Shown one piece after another: positions 1-9,545 of a DNA stretch of 64,000 nt. Under the pieces are notes generated by a model. It worked only from the letters and a program-made list of their open reading frames with translations. It did not search any database and was not told the origin of the DNA. Both the position numbers and the translations under genes were made by a program. This DNA is from Planctomycetota bacterium (GTDB taxonomy: Bacteria > Planctomycetota > UBA1135 > GCA-002686595): positions 430,154 through 494,153 of the forward strand of contig JACKHT010000002.1 in the NCBI GenBank assembly GCA_020638855.1, given 5' to 3'. Numbering within the stretch: the first letter of the stretch is position 1; the number at the start of each line of letters is the position of its first letter.

Positions 1-74
1 CTGTGCGCCGTCGGGCAGGAAACCGTATCCTGGCCGCAGCCCTAGGTCCCTGCTCCCTGGTGGCGGCTTCCCCC

Positions 75-1388
75 ATGCATCGTTCCCTGCTCCTGCTCGC
101 CGGGCTGCTGCCGCTCGGTTGCCAGTCAGGTTCTCCTGGCTCCCCACCATCCCCTGCGGGCATCCCGGTCGAATCGCGGGCGGAGTGGTTCTTCGGATCG
201 CCCATTGGGGGTCCCGCCCAAACCCTAGCCGCCAGTGCCCAAGTGGGCGTGCCGTGGACTTTGGAAGTCGAGGCGTTTGCCATGCCGGGGCCTTCGGAAG
301 CGGGCGGGGAGGCTTTGACCCCCCGAGTGTCGATGGTGGCCGACCCGCGCCGCTCCAATCCGATCTTGCCTGCGGCTCGCGTCCTGGCGCGCGGGCGGTG
401 GTACGACCCGGCCACCGAATGGAAACACGCCGATCGTTCCCCCGTCCGAACCGAACGCGTGGCCCTGTACGCGGGGCAGTGCTTTCGATTGGTGATGCAA
501 GCCGAAGGGCTCCCGTACGAGATTGCCCTCCACGTCCAGCGAACCCAGGGCGCAGCTCGCGGATTCTTCCTGACGCTCTCGGCGCGGGAGGACCAAGTTC
601 CTATCGAGTTTCTGCAGCTCGCCGAGCCCTGGAGCCCTGAAACCGGCGCCGTGGCAATCGTCCTCGACCTGGGCGAAGCCCAAACCACCACGCTTGGTGT
701 GGTCCTTCGGCCTTGGAACCCCGCGCCCGGGGACCCGGAGTTCGATGCAGCCAAAACCCGTTCGCGCACACAGGACTCGACCCAAGCGGCCTTCTCCTTG
801 ACCCTGCCCGATCGAACCGAACCCCAGAGCCGTTTCCTGGCCGAGGCCGTCGACCGTTTGCGGCAAGGTCCGGATCGATCGATCCTGTATTCGATCGCCA
901 GCGAAGTCCAGGCCCCCCATGCCCAAGACTGGATCCTGATTTGCACCGATGACCAGCTCGCGAACCTGATCGGTGAATTGGGCAAAGGAACTGGGCGCCG
1001 CGTGCTGAGCGATCAACCCGGTCGCCTCAGCCGCAACCTCGAAGCCTGCAGCCTGCGTCAAGCCGCACGCAGCCTGCAAACAGAGTCCTTGCGCGATGTG
1101 GCCCTTGCCTACTTGATCCGGCAGGCGGGCCAATTGGCCTTCTACCCCGACGTGCTCGTGGAGCTGGTCGAGCGCGCGGAGACCACCGCCGAATTGAACG
1201 CACGCCTGGCGGCGGAAAACCGAATCTTCCTCGAGGATTCCGGGCGCTCGGCCCGACTGCGAGCCTTCGAATGGCTCCAGACCCAAGGCCTGGAACCCAA
1301 AGGCTACGACCCCCTGTCGCGCAGCAGCCAACGCCAAGCGGCGCTTGAGCGCTGGCGCGAAGCCCTCGATCAAGGGACCTCCCAATGA
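75..1388 (+). CDS. Lipoprotein of unknown function (437 aa), first gene of a two-gene operon with the AsmA-like protein
   Basis: The ORF 3..1388 carries an internal ATG at 75 followed by MHRSLLLLAGLLPLGCQSGS, a signal peptide with an LPLGC lipobox. Its stop overlaps the next start (ATGA at 1385-1388). The N-terminal extension to position 3 uses GTG and is probably not real. Confidence 0.55.
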   Translation: MHRSLLLLAGLLPLGCQSGSPGSPPSPAGIPVESRAEWFFGSPIGGPAQTLAASAQVGVPWTLEVEAFAMPGPSEAGGEALTPRVSMVADPRRSNPILPAARVLARGRWYDPATEWKHADRSPVRTERVALYAGQCFRLVMQAEGLPYEIALHVQRTQGAARGFFLTLSAREDQVPIEFLQLAEPWSPETGAVAIVLDLGEAQTTTLGVVLRPWNPAPGDPEFDAAKTRSRTQDSTQAAFSLTLPDRTEPQSRFLAEAVDRLRQGPDRSILYSIASEVQAPHAQDWILICTDDQLANLIGELGKGTGRRVLSDQPGRLSRNLEACSLRQAARSLQTESLRDVALAYLIRQAGQLAFYPDVLVELVERAETTAELNARLAAENRIFLEDSGRSARLRAFEWLQTQGLEPKGYDPLSRSSQRQAALERWREALDQGTSQ

Positions 1389-4300
1389 GCGACTTTGACA
1401 TCATCGACTTTGACTTGTCGCTTGGCGGGCCTTCGCGTCCGCGCCGTCGCGCCCTGTTGCTTCCTTGGCTGTGGCGTGGGATGTGGATCGTGCTGGGCTT
1501 GTTGGTGGTCGGTCGCGCCTCGCTATCGCTTTGGCTACCGCCCGCCCTGAAGCGCATGGGCCACCACTGGGGCCTGGAATTGGCGTACGAGCACTTGGAC
1601 CTTTCACTCTTAGGCGGACAGGTCACCTTGCGCGGACTCACCGCCCAAAACCGCGACGCGAAGGCGGAGGACGAGCCGCTGGTGGCAGTAGACTACGCGA
1701 TCCTGGACCTATCCCTGGCGAAGCTACTGCGCGGCCAGCTGCGCATCCATCGCGCCGAAATCGACGGGGGGCGCATGCACTGGGTCCGCGATTCGGCGGG
1801 GCATTGGAACACCGAAGCGCTTTGGAACGCGCTGGCCAGCGAGTCGGAGGGTGCTCCCAATTGGCTCGATCGTGCCCAATGGAACGATCTGCGGCTCCAG
1901 GACATCGCCCTCTTGGTGCGCGACGAAAGCCAAACGCCGGTCCAAGAGATCCGCACGCAAGTCGACATGACCTTGGCCGATGGTGGGTACCTCGACCGAC
2001 CGATGCGGATCGAACTGCGGGCACGGGCCAAGGACTGGCTCGATGGCCTGTTGGCCGACGCCACCGTGTGGCGCCACGACGGGCAACTCGAAGCCACCGC
2101 GCAGCTCGAGCTGTTTGGCCTGCGCAAGGACTTGGCGAATCGCTGGCTGGCCCCCTTGGGAGCCAAGGTGGACGCTGCTTCGCAGGACCTGCGCTTCCAG
2201 GCCCAAACCACGCTGCGCTACGCAGACGCGCAGGAAACCGCAGGGGGTTCGCGATTCGTGGAAGGCCCGCTCCTAGTGCGCGATTTGTTGTGGTCCACCG
2301 ATCACCGTCCTGCGCTGATGGTGGGCACCCTCGACACGACCTTGCACGCAAAGGGCTGGGCCGATTGGAATCTGGGTGCCACGCGCCTCGCCAACGCCGA
2401 AATCCACCTGGAGCGGCCGCTGCGAGGCGATGGAAGCGCTGGCAATTGGAGCCTCGCGGGCGGTTCGCTCGAACCCGGCTCTCCCCTGCGCCGCGGACTG
2501 GCGCAGTTCTCGATCGAGCGTCTCGATAGCGAGGCCTTGCGCTGGTTCGCCGAGGACGAAACCACCTCGCCCCCCACTCGCCTCGCAGGCGTTCTCGAGG
2601 GCAACGTGGAGGGCTTGGCCTTTGCACGTGCGAGCGGCTGGCAGCCCATGGCATTCGACTTGCAGGTTCCCCCATCGCGCGACCGCTCCGCGATCCAACT
2701 GGCCGGTTCGTTCCAACCGGGATCCAGCGGATCTTTGGACGTGAAACTGGCCGGAGCTCGCTGGAACCCTAGCCAACTCGCCGCCTACCTCGAACCCCTG
2801 GGCCTCCGTTGTGCCCCGGATCTCACCGTAGCGGCGGACCGCATGCGCGTCGCTTGGGTTCCAGGCCAGGGAGCCACCCAATGGGATGTGGTCTTGGAAC
2901 GTGCGGCTTGGTTCCAGGGTTCTAGCGCGACGACCCTCGAGGAAGTCACCTTGGAACGGGCCGTGCTCGCTTCGGACACTTGGCGGCTGGGCTCGTTGCG
3001 CTTGCGCGGCGGAAGCCTGGCCGGGGGGCGTACGCCTGGAGGCGAGTGGTACTTGGCGGGCTTGCAATCGGTGGGCCTGCGGACCACCCCCGCTGCCACT
3101 TGGGGCCCACAAGCCATGCGGGTCGATGAGGCGCAACTCGACGACCTCGCTCTTTCTTGGGAAGACCGGCGCGGGGGGTCCCAGGCAAACCCGTCCGTTT
3201 GCCATTTCGATGCGCTGCGCTTGACCGATTGGGCTTGGGATCGGGCGCAACAACCTGGACCGTTGCGGGGTCGGTGGGACGGAAACCTTGCTTGGCCTGG
3301 GCACGTCGCCAACGGTCGGAGCCAGGGCCAGTTCCTCGCGCCCCAAGGGGATGAACCCGGTCGAGTGATCGCCACGGTCGACCTGAAGAATTGGCAGGAC
3401 GCAACGCTGCTGGGCTGGCTAGCCGAGCGTGGGGTCGATCTGGATTGGATCGGCCACGATGTGCAAGCCAGCGGACAATTCGATTGGAGAAGCGAACAGG
3501 GCGGGGGTAGCGGTTCGCTGCAGTTGCGTGAAGTCCGCCTTGCCCAGGGCGACCAGACGCTGTGGGAACTGCAAGACTTGGACGCCACCGGTTTGGACTG
3601 GAGCTCCTCGGGTTGGACCTTGGCCCAACTCAGTCTGAACCAACCGGTGGGCCCCTGCATCGAGCAACCCAACGGGAGCTGGACAGCCTTCGGATGGCGC
3701 GGAATCCCAGCCCTTGGGAAGCAACCCTTCGTGGGAAATCCCGCCGGGTTCTTGGAGGCCCTTCCCATCCAATCGCTGGAAGTGCAGGGTGCGCGGATCA
3801 AGGTCCAACCCACGGGCCCGCCGGACCTTGCGGGTGTGTGGACCCTGGATGGGCGTTGGGAACGTCTAGCCGAAGGCGGAACCCAGGCCGGCTGGAAGGT
3901 CGACACCGAAATCGGCGTGCAAGGAAGCCTTGAGCGGGGTCAGTTGGCGGGAGAGGTGCATCGGTCCGACCAGGGCCTCGACTGGGACCTGGCGCTCGAA
4001 GCCGAGGGCCTGGTCGCAAGCCCTTGGACGCGCGCGCTGCTCGCGCCCTTGGTGCCCGAGTGGCAGAGTGCCCACCTGCAAGCCAAGCTACGTGGCCAGC
4101 TGCAACGCTTGGAATCCGGGGCGCTGCGCGGCAACTTGCAGGTTCGGGATGGGCAGCTTTCCGACGGGGACCCGGCGCATACGCTGTTCGCACTGCCGGC
4201 GTTGGATCTCGTCGTGGATCGCTGGGACGCTGGCTCGAAGGTCGCGCGGATTGGAAGCTCCGCGATCGGCAGTTCCTCGCTCGCTGGTTTGTCCGCACGC

Positions 4301-6508
4301 ATTCGACGCGACGCACGCGGAAACTGGCATGCGTTGGGTATGCAGTGGCCGAGCCTAGAGCCCGACCCAGCGCGGCCCATCGAAGCCAGCGTTCACCAGG
4401 AAGACCCACAAGCCGTGCCCACCTGGCTGCACGCGCTGGACTCCCTGGCCGACTTCGATGGGGCGTTGGGCCCCCACGATTGGCGCTTCGAGGACATCGT
4501 GATCGAAGATGCACTCCGCCCAGGTGCCCCGAGCTTGCAGGCACAAGGCCACTGGACGGCGGTCCAAGCTTGGTCAAGCCCACCGGCTCCGGGCACTCCC
4601 AGCATGCCCTACATCGCCCAAGTCACAGGGCGCCTGCTACCCGTGCTGGAAGCGTTCGAATTGGATGGATCCTTCGATCCCCTCGCCCCACGCCCTGCTT
4701 TGGACCTCACTTGGCGCTTCGATGGCATCCAAGGTGCGGCCTTGGGTACCTGGTGGCCTTCGGCTTGGTCCCAGGCCACGCCCACCGACCTTCAAGGCGC
4801 CCGCTCGAGCGGCCACTTGGAAGCGAAGCTCGATCTTCCATCGGGCCAAAGGCGTTGGTCGCGCCTGCCTGAGGAAGGCTTTGGAATCGAACTCCAGGCG
4901 CGCGATGCGGACCTCCAGGCCAATGCGCTCGCCGATCCGTTGTGCTCGATCGGCACCCTGGAAGCCAGGGCCACCTCCATCGTGCCCGCCACCGGGACCT
5001 ATCGGTGGGAGCGCCTCTTGCTGGCGGATCCCGAGCTGCACACTTGGCGCGATGGCTTGGGCTGGCACGCCCTGGGGCTCACCGTAGCCAACGCATCCGA
5101 ACAAACTCCCGCCACCGCATCGCCCTCCGAGGAACCCGAACCCCATCGGTTGGCTGCCCTGAGCGTCGAACGCATCCAGATCCAGGGCGCCCAATGGGAC
5201 CACGAAGACCGCACGGTCGAGCCTTCCATCTGGATCCCCATTCGAGGTGGCGAGGCCGAAATCTTGCACGCCTCGCTTGGCGACCCAGACGGCGCGCTCC
5301 CGATGCGCCTGCAGGCCAGCGCGGATTCCGCCAAGGTACGCGCCCCCATGCGCGCGCCGAGCAACGCGGTCGATCCGACCGTGGCTGGATCGCTCGAGTC
5401 CCGCAATGCCTTCGATCGCTTGGAGGCCCGCGCCCGGGTGACCCTAGGGCCGGCTCCCGAAGGTTGGTTCCAACTGGATGTGGTGGGCTTGGAGTTGGCG
5501 CCACTACGTGGTTGGCTAGCACCCCTGGGGCTGCGGCTGGAAGACGGTGTGCTCGACATGCGCAACACCCTGCGCTTCCAAGGCGAGCAGGGCTTGGCCG
5601 TGGACACGCGCAGCACCCTGGAGCACCTCTTCGTCCGCCCCTTGCCCGGGAGCCATGTGGAGCGCGACCTGGGTTTGCGGCACGATTGGGACTCCACCTT
5701 GGCCAGCCTGCGCGATGGCGAAGGCCGCATCCAGGTGCCGTTGCGCTTTGAGGTGAGCCAACAGGTGCTTTCACGATCCACCCTCCGGTCGGCAGCTCGC
5801 CGAGCGTTCACCGAACTCGCGCGGACCTCTGGAACCCAACCCGGTGGCGACGAAGTGCGAACTGCCGCCGCCTCCGCCCCCATCGAATCCGAAGTCGCGC
5901 TGCGGATCGTCTTTGTCCCCGGCCTGGCGGTGTGGGTACCCGAGGCCGAAAAGGAATGGACTCGCTGGGCTCGCTCGCACCCCCCTGGGGACTCCAACGT
6001 GTGGGTCCTGGAGCATCGCTTTGGCGCGCTGGACCTGGAACGAGCCGAGGCCCTGAGCTCCCCCCCACCGGCCTCCTTGATGGAGTTGCTCGAGAGCCTG
6101 CGTCGTCGCAAAGCCGACCTAGCCCAGCGCTACGTGAGCCAAGCGGCCGACGCTCGGGCGCGACTGCAATACGGCACTCGAGAGGAGGCGGATGCCTCCC
6201 GCAAGGCTCTGATCGAGTTGAATCGTCAGCGCGCCCAAACCGAACGAGCCATCGACCACGTGTTGGGCCTCTTGGCACCCGGTGCTGAACGACGGCAAGA
6301 GCGCCGCACCCGGGAGTCCGCCATGCAGCTGGCGGTTGAGCGCCAGCAAGCCGTTCTCGCGCTGTTGCGACGGGAGGGTTGGTCGGATGCGGTGGGCTCG
6401 ATCGAGTGTTCTAGTGCGGAACCCGAAGCGGCAACCGATTCTCCCAACGCGGTCATCGAACTTCGCTCGCGACCCCGCGCGGCAGGCCGCAACCCAAGCT
6501 CGAATTAG
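1385..6508 (+). CDS. Giant AsmA/DUF748-family envelope protein (1706 aa) with a C-terminal coiled-coil region
   Basis: A single uninterrupted 5.1-kb ORF. An N-terminal TM segment (WIVLGLLVVGRASLSLWL) follows a short cytoplasmic leader. The sequence is a long beta-rich repetitive body typical of AsmA/TamB-like proteins. It is translationally coupled to the upstream lipoprotein gene. Confidence 0.6.
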   Translation: MSDFDIIDFDLSLGGPSRPRRRALLLPWLWRGMWIVLGLLVVGRASLSLWLPPALKRMGHHWGLELAYEHLDLSLLGGQVTLRGLTAQNRDAKAEDEPLVAVDYAILDLSLAKLLRGQLRIHRAEIDGGRMHWVRDSAGHWNTEALWNALASESEGAPNWLDRAQWNDLRLQDIALLVRDESQTPVQEIRTQVDMTLADGGYLDRPMRIELRARAKDWLDGLLADATVWRHDGQLEATAQLELFGLRKDLANRWLAPLGAKVDAASQDLRFQAQTTLRYADAQETAGGSRFVEGPLLVRDLLWSTDHRPALMVGTLDTTLHAKGWADWNLGATRLANAEIHLERPLRGDGSAGNWSLAGGSLEPGSPLRRGLAQFSIERLDSEALRWFAEDETTSPPTRLAGVLEGNVEGLAFARASGWQPMAFDLQVPPSRDRSAIQLAGSFQPGSSGSLDVKLAGARWNPSQLAAYLEPLGLRCAPDLTVAADRMRVAWVPGQGATQWDVVLERAAWFQGSSATTLEEVTLERAVLASDTWRLGSLRLRGGSLAGGRTPGGEWYLAGLQSVGLRTTPAATWGPQAMRVDEAQLDDLALSWEDRRGGSQANPSVCHFDALRLTDWAWDRAQQPGPLRGRWDGNLAWPGHVANGRSQGQFLAPQGDEPGRVIATVDLKNWQDATLLGWLAERGVDLDWIGHDVQASGQFDWRSEQGGGSGSLQLREVRLAQGDQTLWELQDLDATGLDWSSSGWTLAQLSLNQPVGPCIEQPNGSWTAFGWRGIPALGKQPFVGNPAGFLEALPIQSLEVQGARIKVQPTGPPDLAGVWTLDGRWERLAEGGTQAGWKVDTEIGVQGSLERGQLAGEVHRSDQGLDWDLALEAEGLVASPWTRALLAPLVPEWQSAHLQAKLRGQLQRLESGALRGNLQVRDGQLSDGDPAHTLFALPALDLVVDRWDAGSKVARIGSSAIGSSSLAGLSARIRRDARGNWHALGMQWPSLEPDPARPIEASVHQEDPQAVPTWLHALDSLADFDGALGPHDWRFEDIVIEDALRPGAPSLQAQGHWTAVQAWSSPPAPGTPSMPYIAQVTGRLLPVLEAFELDGSFDPLAPRPALDLTWRFDGIQGAALGTWWPSAWSQATPTDLQGARSSGHLEAKLDLPSGQRRWSRLPEEGFGIELQARDADLQANALADPLCSIGTLEARATSIVPATGTYRWERLLLADPELHTWRDGLGWHALGLTVANASEQTPATASPSEEPEPHRLAALSVERIQIQGAQWDHEDRTVEPSIWIPIRGGEAEILHASLGDPDGALPMRLQASADSAKVRAPMRAPSNAVDPTVAGSLESRNAFDRLEARARVTLGPAPEGWFQLDVVGLELAPLRGWLAPLGLRLEDGVLDMRNTLRFQGEQGLAVDTRSTLEHLFVRPLPGSHVERDLGLRHDWDSTLASLRDGEGRIQVPLRFEVSQQVLSRSTLRSAARRAFTELARTSGTQPGGDEVRTAAASAPIESEVALRIVFVPGLAVWVPEAEKEWTRWARSHPPGDSNVWVLEHRFGALDLERAEALSSPPPASLMELLESLRRRKADLAQRYVSQAADARARLQYGTREEADASRKALIELNRQRAQTERAIDHVLGLLAPGAERRQERRTRESAMQLAVERQQAVLALLRREGWSDAVGSIECSSAEPEAATDSPNAVIELRSRPRAAGRNPSSN

Positions 6509-6636
6509 CGGCGCGGGCGATCGACTCGATGGCCACGCCGCAAATCGAACACAATCGCAGCCACGGCCAAAACCAAAACGCCAGCACCGACGAGCGAGAG
6601 AAGAGAGGGCATAGTTTGCAAGTACTGCGGGTCATT
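6505..6636 (-). CDS. Possible small single-TM membrane protein (about 44-64 aa)
   Basis: ORF 6505..6699 with a hydrophobic stretch SLLSLVGAGVLVLAVAAIVF followed by RRGHR. It sits in a locally lower-GC intergenic region convergent with the AsmA-like gene. There is no SD and the start is ambiguous (6636 ATG or 6699). Confidence 0.2.
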   Translation of the reverse strand, partial: NDPQYLQTMPSLLSLVGAGVLVLAVAAIVFDLRRGHRVDRPRR

Positions 6637-6885
6637 CATAGGACTCGAGTATTCGCGATCGAGTGCGAGATCACGCATGACAAGGCCGTCGGGCGGCAAG
6701 ACTCCGGATGACGATCCCGTTGGAAACCAGGCCTCCGGCTCCGGCCCCCCAAAGCGTCAACGACCAGGCCAGCAAGGGAACACCCGTTGGAAGCTTGAGC
6801 AGCCCCATCCGAGCCAGGAATTCCCCCGGTTTGGGGCCTGTCGCCTCCCTTTGAGGCAGGTGGTTGTTAACCTTGGGCACCGCCC

Positions 6886-7860
6886 ATGCCGACCCAATCG
6901 ACCGAGACCCGCCTGCGCGCCCAAGCCGAGTCCCCCAGCCCCGAGCACCAGGCCCGCATCGACGCCCTGGCCGCCAAGGCCGGGAGTCGCTTTCCGTACC
7001 AGCCCCACTTCCGGCGCTTTCGCGGCGCCCTGGGGGCCTACGTGGACGAAGGCCCGCGCGACGCCCCCGTGCTCTTGTGTGTGCATGGCAACCCGACTTG
7101 GTCCTTCTTCTACCGCACGCTGATCGATGCCTTTGCGGGCTCCATGCGGGTGGTGGTCCCCGACCACATTGGGATGGGCATGTCCGAAAAGCCCAAGAAC
7201 TTCGACTACCGCCTCGAAACGCGCATCGAAGCCCTGCTCGACCTGATCGAGCACCTGGACCTCCGGCGCATCACCCTGGTGGCGCACGATTGGGGCGGCG
7301 CCATCGGTTTGGGCGCTGCTGGACGACAGCCCGAGCGCTTCGAGCGGCTGGTCCTTTCCAACACGGCTGCTTTTCCGGGCGGCAAGGCCCACTCGCTGAT
7401 CCGCATCGCCCGCCTGCCTGGTTTGCACAGCCTGTTGATGGGTCGACTCGGCCTGTTCGAGCAAATCACCGTACACCGGGCGACCGAACGCGGGTTGCCC
7501 CCCGAGGTGCGGCGGGCCTACTTGGAGCCGTTTGCTGGGCCGGGCGAGCGCGTCGCGGTCCAAGCCTTTGTGCGCGACATCCCGCTCAACCCCAAGCACC
7601 CTAGCTACGCCACCTTGGTGGGCGTCGAGCGGGGATTGGCCTCGCTCAAGCATCTCCCCACGCTCTTGTTGTGGGGTGAAAAGGACTGGGTCTTCAACCC
7701 CAGCTTCCGAGCGGAGTTCCAGCGCCGCTTCCCGGAGGCAGAAGCCGACCCGCTCTACGATTGCGGTCACCTGCTCTGGGAAGACGCACCGGAAGCTTGC
7801 TTGTCCTCGGTGCAGAGCTTCTTCATCCGCCACCCGCTGCCCGACCGCGCTCCATCATGA
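6886..7860 (+). CDS. oleB: OleB-like alpha/beta hydrolase (haloalkane dehalogenase-like; beta-lactone decarboxylase in the olefin pathway)
   Basis: HGNPTWSFFYR motif, compared with the haloalkane dehalogenase HGNPTSSYLWR. Also DHIGMGMSEKP and the nucleophile elbow VAHDWGG. 324 aa. The stop overlaps the oleC start. Confidence 0.75.
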   Translation: MPTQSTETRLRAQAESPSPEHQARIDALAAKAGSRFPYQPHFRRFRGALGAYVDEGPRDAPVLLCVHGNPTWSFFYRTLIDAFAGSMRVVVPDHIGMGMSEKPKNFDYRLETRIEALLDLIEHLDLRRITLVAHDWGGAIGLGAAGRQPERFERLVLSNTAAFPGGKAHSLIRIARLPGLHSLLMGRLGLFEQITVHRATERGLPPEVRRAYLEPFAGPGERVAVQAFVRDIPLNPKHPSYATLVGVERGLASLKHLPTLLLWGEKDWVFNPSFRAEFQRRFPEAEADPLYDCGHLLWEDAPEACLSSVQSFFIRHPLPDRAPS

Positions 7861-9542
7861 GTGCGCAGCCCACCATGGAACCCGCCCCCGCGCGCGCGCT
7901 GAACATGGCCGATGCCCTGGCGCGGCGGTCCCGGAGCCACCCCGATCGCGACGCCATCCTCGCCAAGAAGGGCCGGGGCGAATGGACCCGTACAAGCTTC
8001 GGCGAACTGGAAGCGCGCGTGGCCGCGATCAGCGCCGGGCTCGCCGCTAGCGGAGTGACCCAGGGCATGCGCTGCGCCGTATTCGTGCGGCCTTCGGCAG
8101 ATTTGGTAGCCGTGGTCTATGCGCTCTTTCGCGTGGGGGCCATCCCGATCGTGGCCGACCCCGGCATGGGGCGCGAGCGCTTGCTCCAAGCCCTGGAGGA
8201 ATCCGAGCCCGAAGTCTTCATCGGAGTTCCCAAGGCCCACGCCGCGCGCAAGTTCTTCCCCAAGGCCTTCCAAAAGGTACGGCTCGCGATCACTTGCGGG
8301 CCGCGGCTGTTTTGGGGCGGCAAGACCCTGGCCCAAATCGAACGGCTTGGTCGCACGGCGCAACATCCGGTCGAGCCTTCCACCAGCGAGCACGACACAG
8401 CCGCGATCCTGTTCACCTCGGGCAGCACCGGTCCGCCCAAAGGCGTGGTCTACACCCACGGCATGTTCGCCGCCCAAGTCGAGGCCCTGCAAGCGCTCTA
8501 CCACTTCGAAGAAGGCGAAATCGACTTGGCCGGTTTGCCCCTGTTCGCCTTGTTCGACGTCGCCTTTGGCATGACCAGCGTGTTCCCCCCGCTGGACCCT
8601 AGCCGTCCGGGAGATTGCGACCCCAAAGCGATCTTTGAAACCCTGCGCGACCTGGGGGTGACGACGGCGTTTGGCTCCCCCGCCATTTGGCGGCGTGTGG
8701 TGCCGTGGTGCATCGATCAGGGCTACAGCCTGCCCCACATGCGCCGGGTTTTGTGCGCCGGAGCTCCGGTCCCCCCCGACTTGATTGCCGACTTCCACCG
8801 GGTCTTGCCGATCCACGCCGATGTGTTCACACCGTACGGGGCCACCGAAGCGTTGCCGGTGAGTTCGCTGGCAGGCCGTGACGTGGTTCCCAGCCTGCTG
8901 CCCCAAATCCAGGCGGGTGCGGGTACTTGCGTGGGCGCGCCGCGGCCGGGCATGCGGGTTGCGTTGATCCGGATCCAGGATGGCCCGATCGATGCCTGGG
9001 ACGAGTCCTTGTGCGTCGCCGAGGGCGAGATTGGCGAGGTCTGCGTGCAGGGCGACAGCGTGACCGAACAGTACGATCACCGCCCCGAAGCGACTCGCCT
9101 AGCCAAGATTCCCGACCCAGAAGGCGGTTTGTGGCATCGCATGGGCGATGCGGCCCGCTTCGATTCCGAAGGCCGCCTATGGTTCCAAGGACGCTTGGCG
9201 CACCGGGTGCAAACCACCGACGGGACGCGTTTCCCGGTGCCGGTGGAAAACATCTTCAACACCCATGAGCGGGTGCGCCGCACCGCCCTAGTGGGCGTGG
9301 GGCCGCCGGGAGCAGAGCGCCCGGTCGTCGTGGTCGAACCGCTCAAAGGCGAGATGCCAGGGGGCAAGGTGATGCGCGCAGGCTTCATCATGCAGCTCAA
9401 AACCATCGGCGCGCGTTGCCCGCTGACGGCTGACCTCGAAGAGTTCCTGTTCTACGAATCGTTCCCGGTGGACGTGCGGCACAACGCCAAGATCCACCGC
9501 GAAGAACTCAAAGTCTGGGCTGAGTCGCAGCTTCCCACCTGA
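7857..9542 (+). CDS. oleC: OleC-like AMP-dependent synthetase/ligase (beta-lactone synthetase)
   Basis: AMP-binding motif FTSGSTGPPKGVVYTH. 561 aa from the ATG at 7857, which overlaps the oleB stop (ATGA). The ORF-track extension back to 7761 lies inside oleB and was rejected. Confidence 0.75.
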   Translation: MSAQPTMEPAPARALNMADALARRSRSHPDRDAILAKKGRGEWTRTSFGELEARVAAISAGLAASGVTQGMRCAVFVRPSADLVAVVYALFRVGAIPIVADPGMGRERLLQALEESEPEVFIGVPKAHAARKFFPKAFQKVRLAITCGPRLFWGGKTLAQIERLGRTAQHPVEPSTSEHDTAAILFTSGSTGPPKGVVYTHGMFAAQVEALQALYHFEEGEIDLAGLPLFALFDVAFGMTSVFPPLDPSRPGDCDPKAIFETLRDLGVTTAFGSPAIWRRVVPWCIDQGYSLPHMRRVLCAGAPVPPDLIADFHRVLPIHADVFTPYGATEALPVSSLAGRDVVPSLLPQIQAGAGTCVGAPRPGMRVALIRIQDGPIDAWDESLCVAEGEIGEVCVQGDSVTEQYDHRPEATRLAKIPDPEGGLWHRMGDAARFDSEGRLWFQGRLAHRVQTTDGTRFPVPVENIFNTHERVRRTALVGVGPPGAERPVVVVEPLKGEMPGGKVMRAGFIMQLKTIGARCPLTADLEEFLFYESFPVDVRHNAKIHREELKVWAESQLPT

Positions 9543-9545
9543 GCC

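Noticed and set aside
2273-3906. Long antisense ORFs (357 aa and 373 aa, minus strand) inside the AsmA-like gene
   Set aside because: They are Arg/Pro/Ala-rich low-complexity translations typical of the reverse frame of high-GC coding sequence. They sit entirely within a continuous 5.1-kb sense ORF with coherent protein-like sequence.
7761-7856. Upstream extension of oleC into oleB
   Set aside because: The ATG at 7857 overlaps the oleB stop and precedes the conserved OleC N-terminus. The extension lies within the oleB coding frame.
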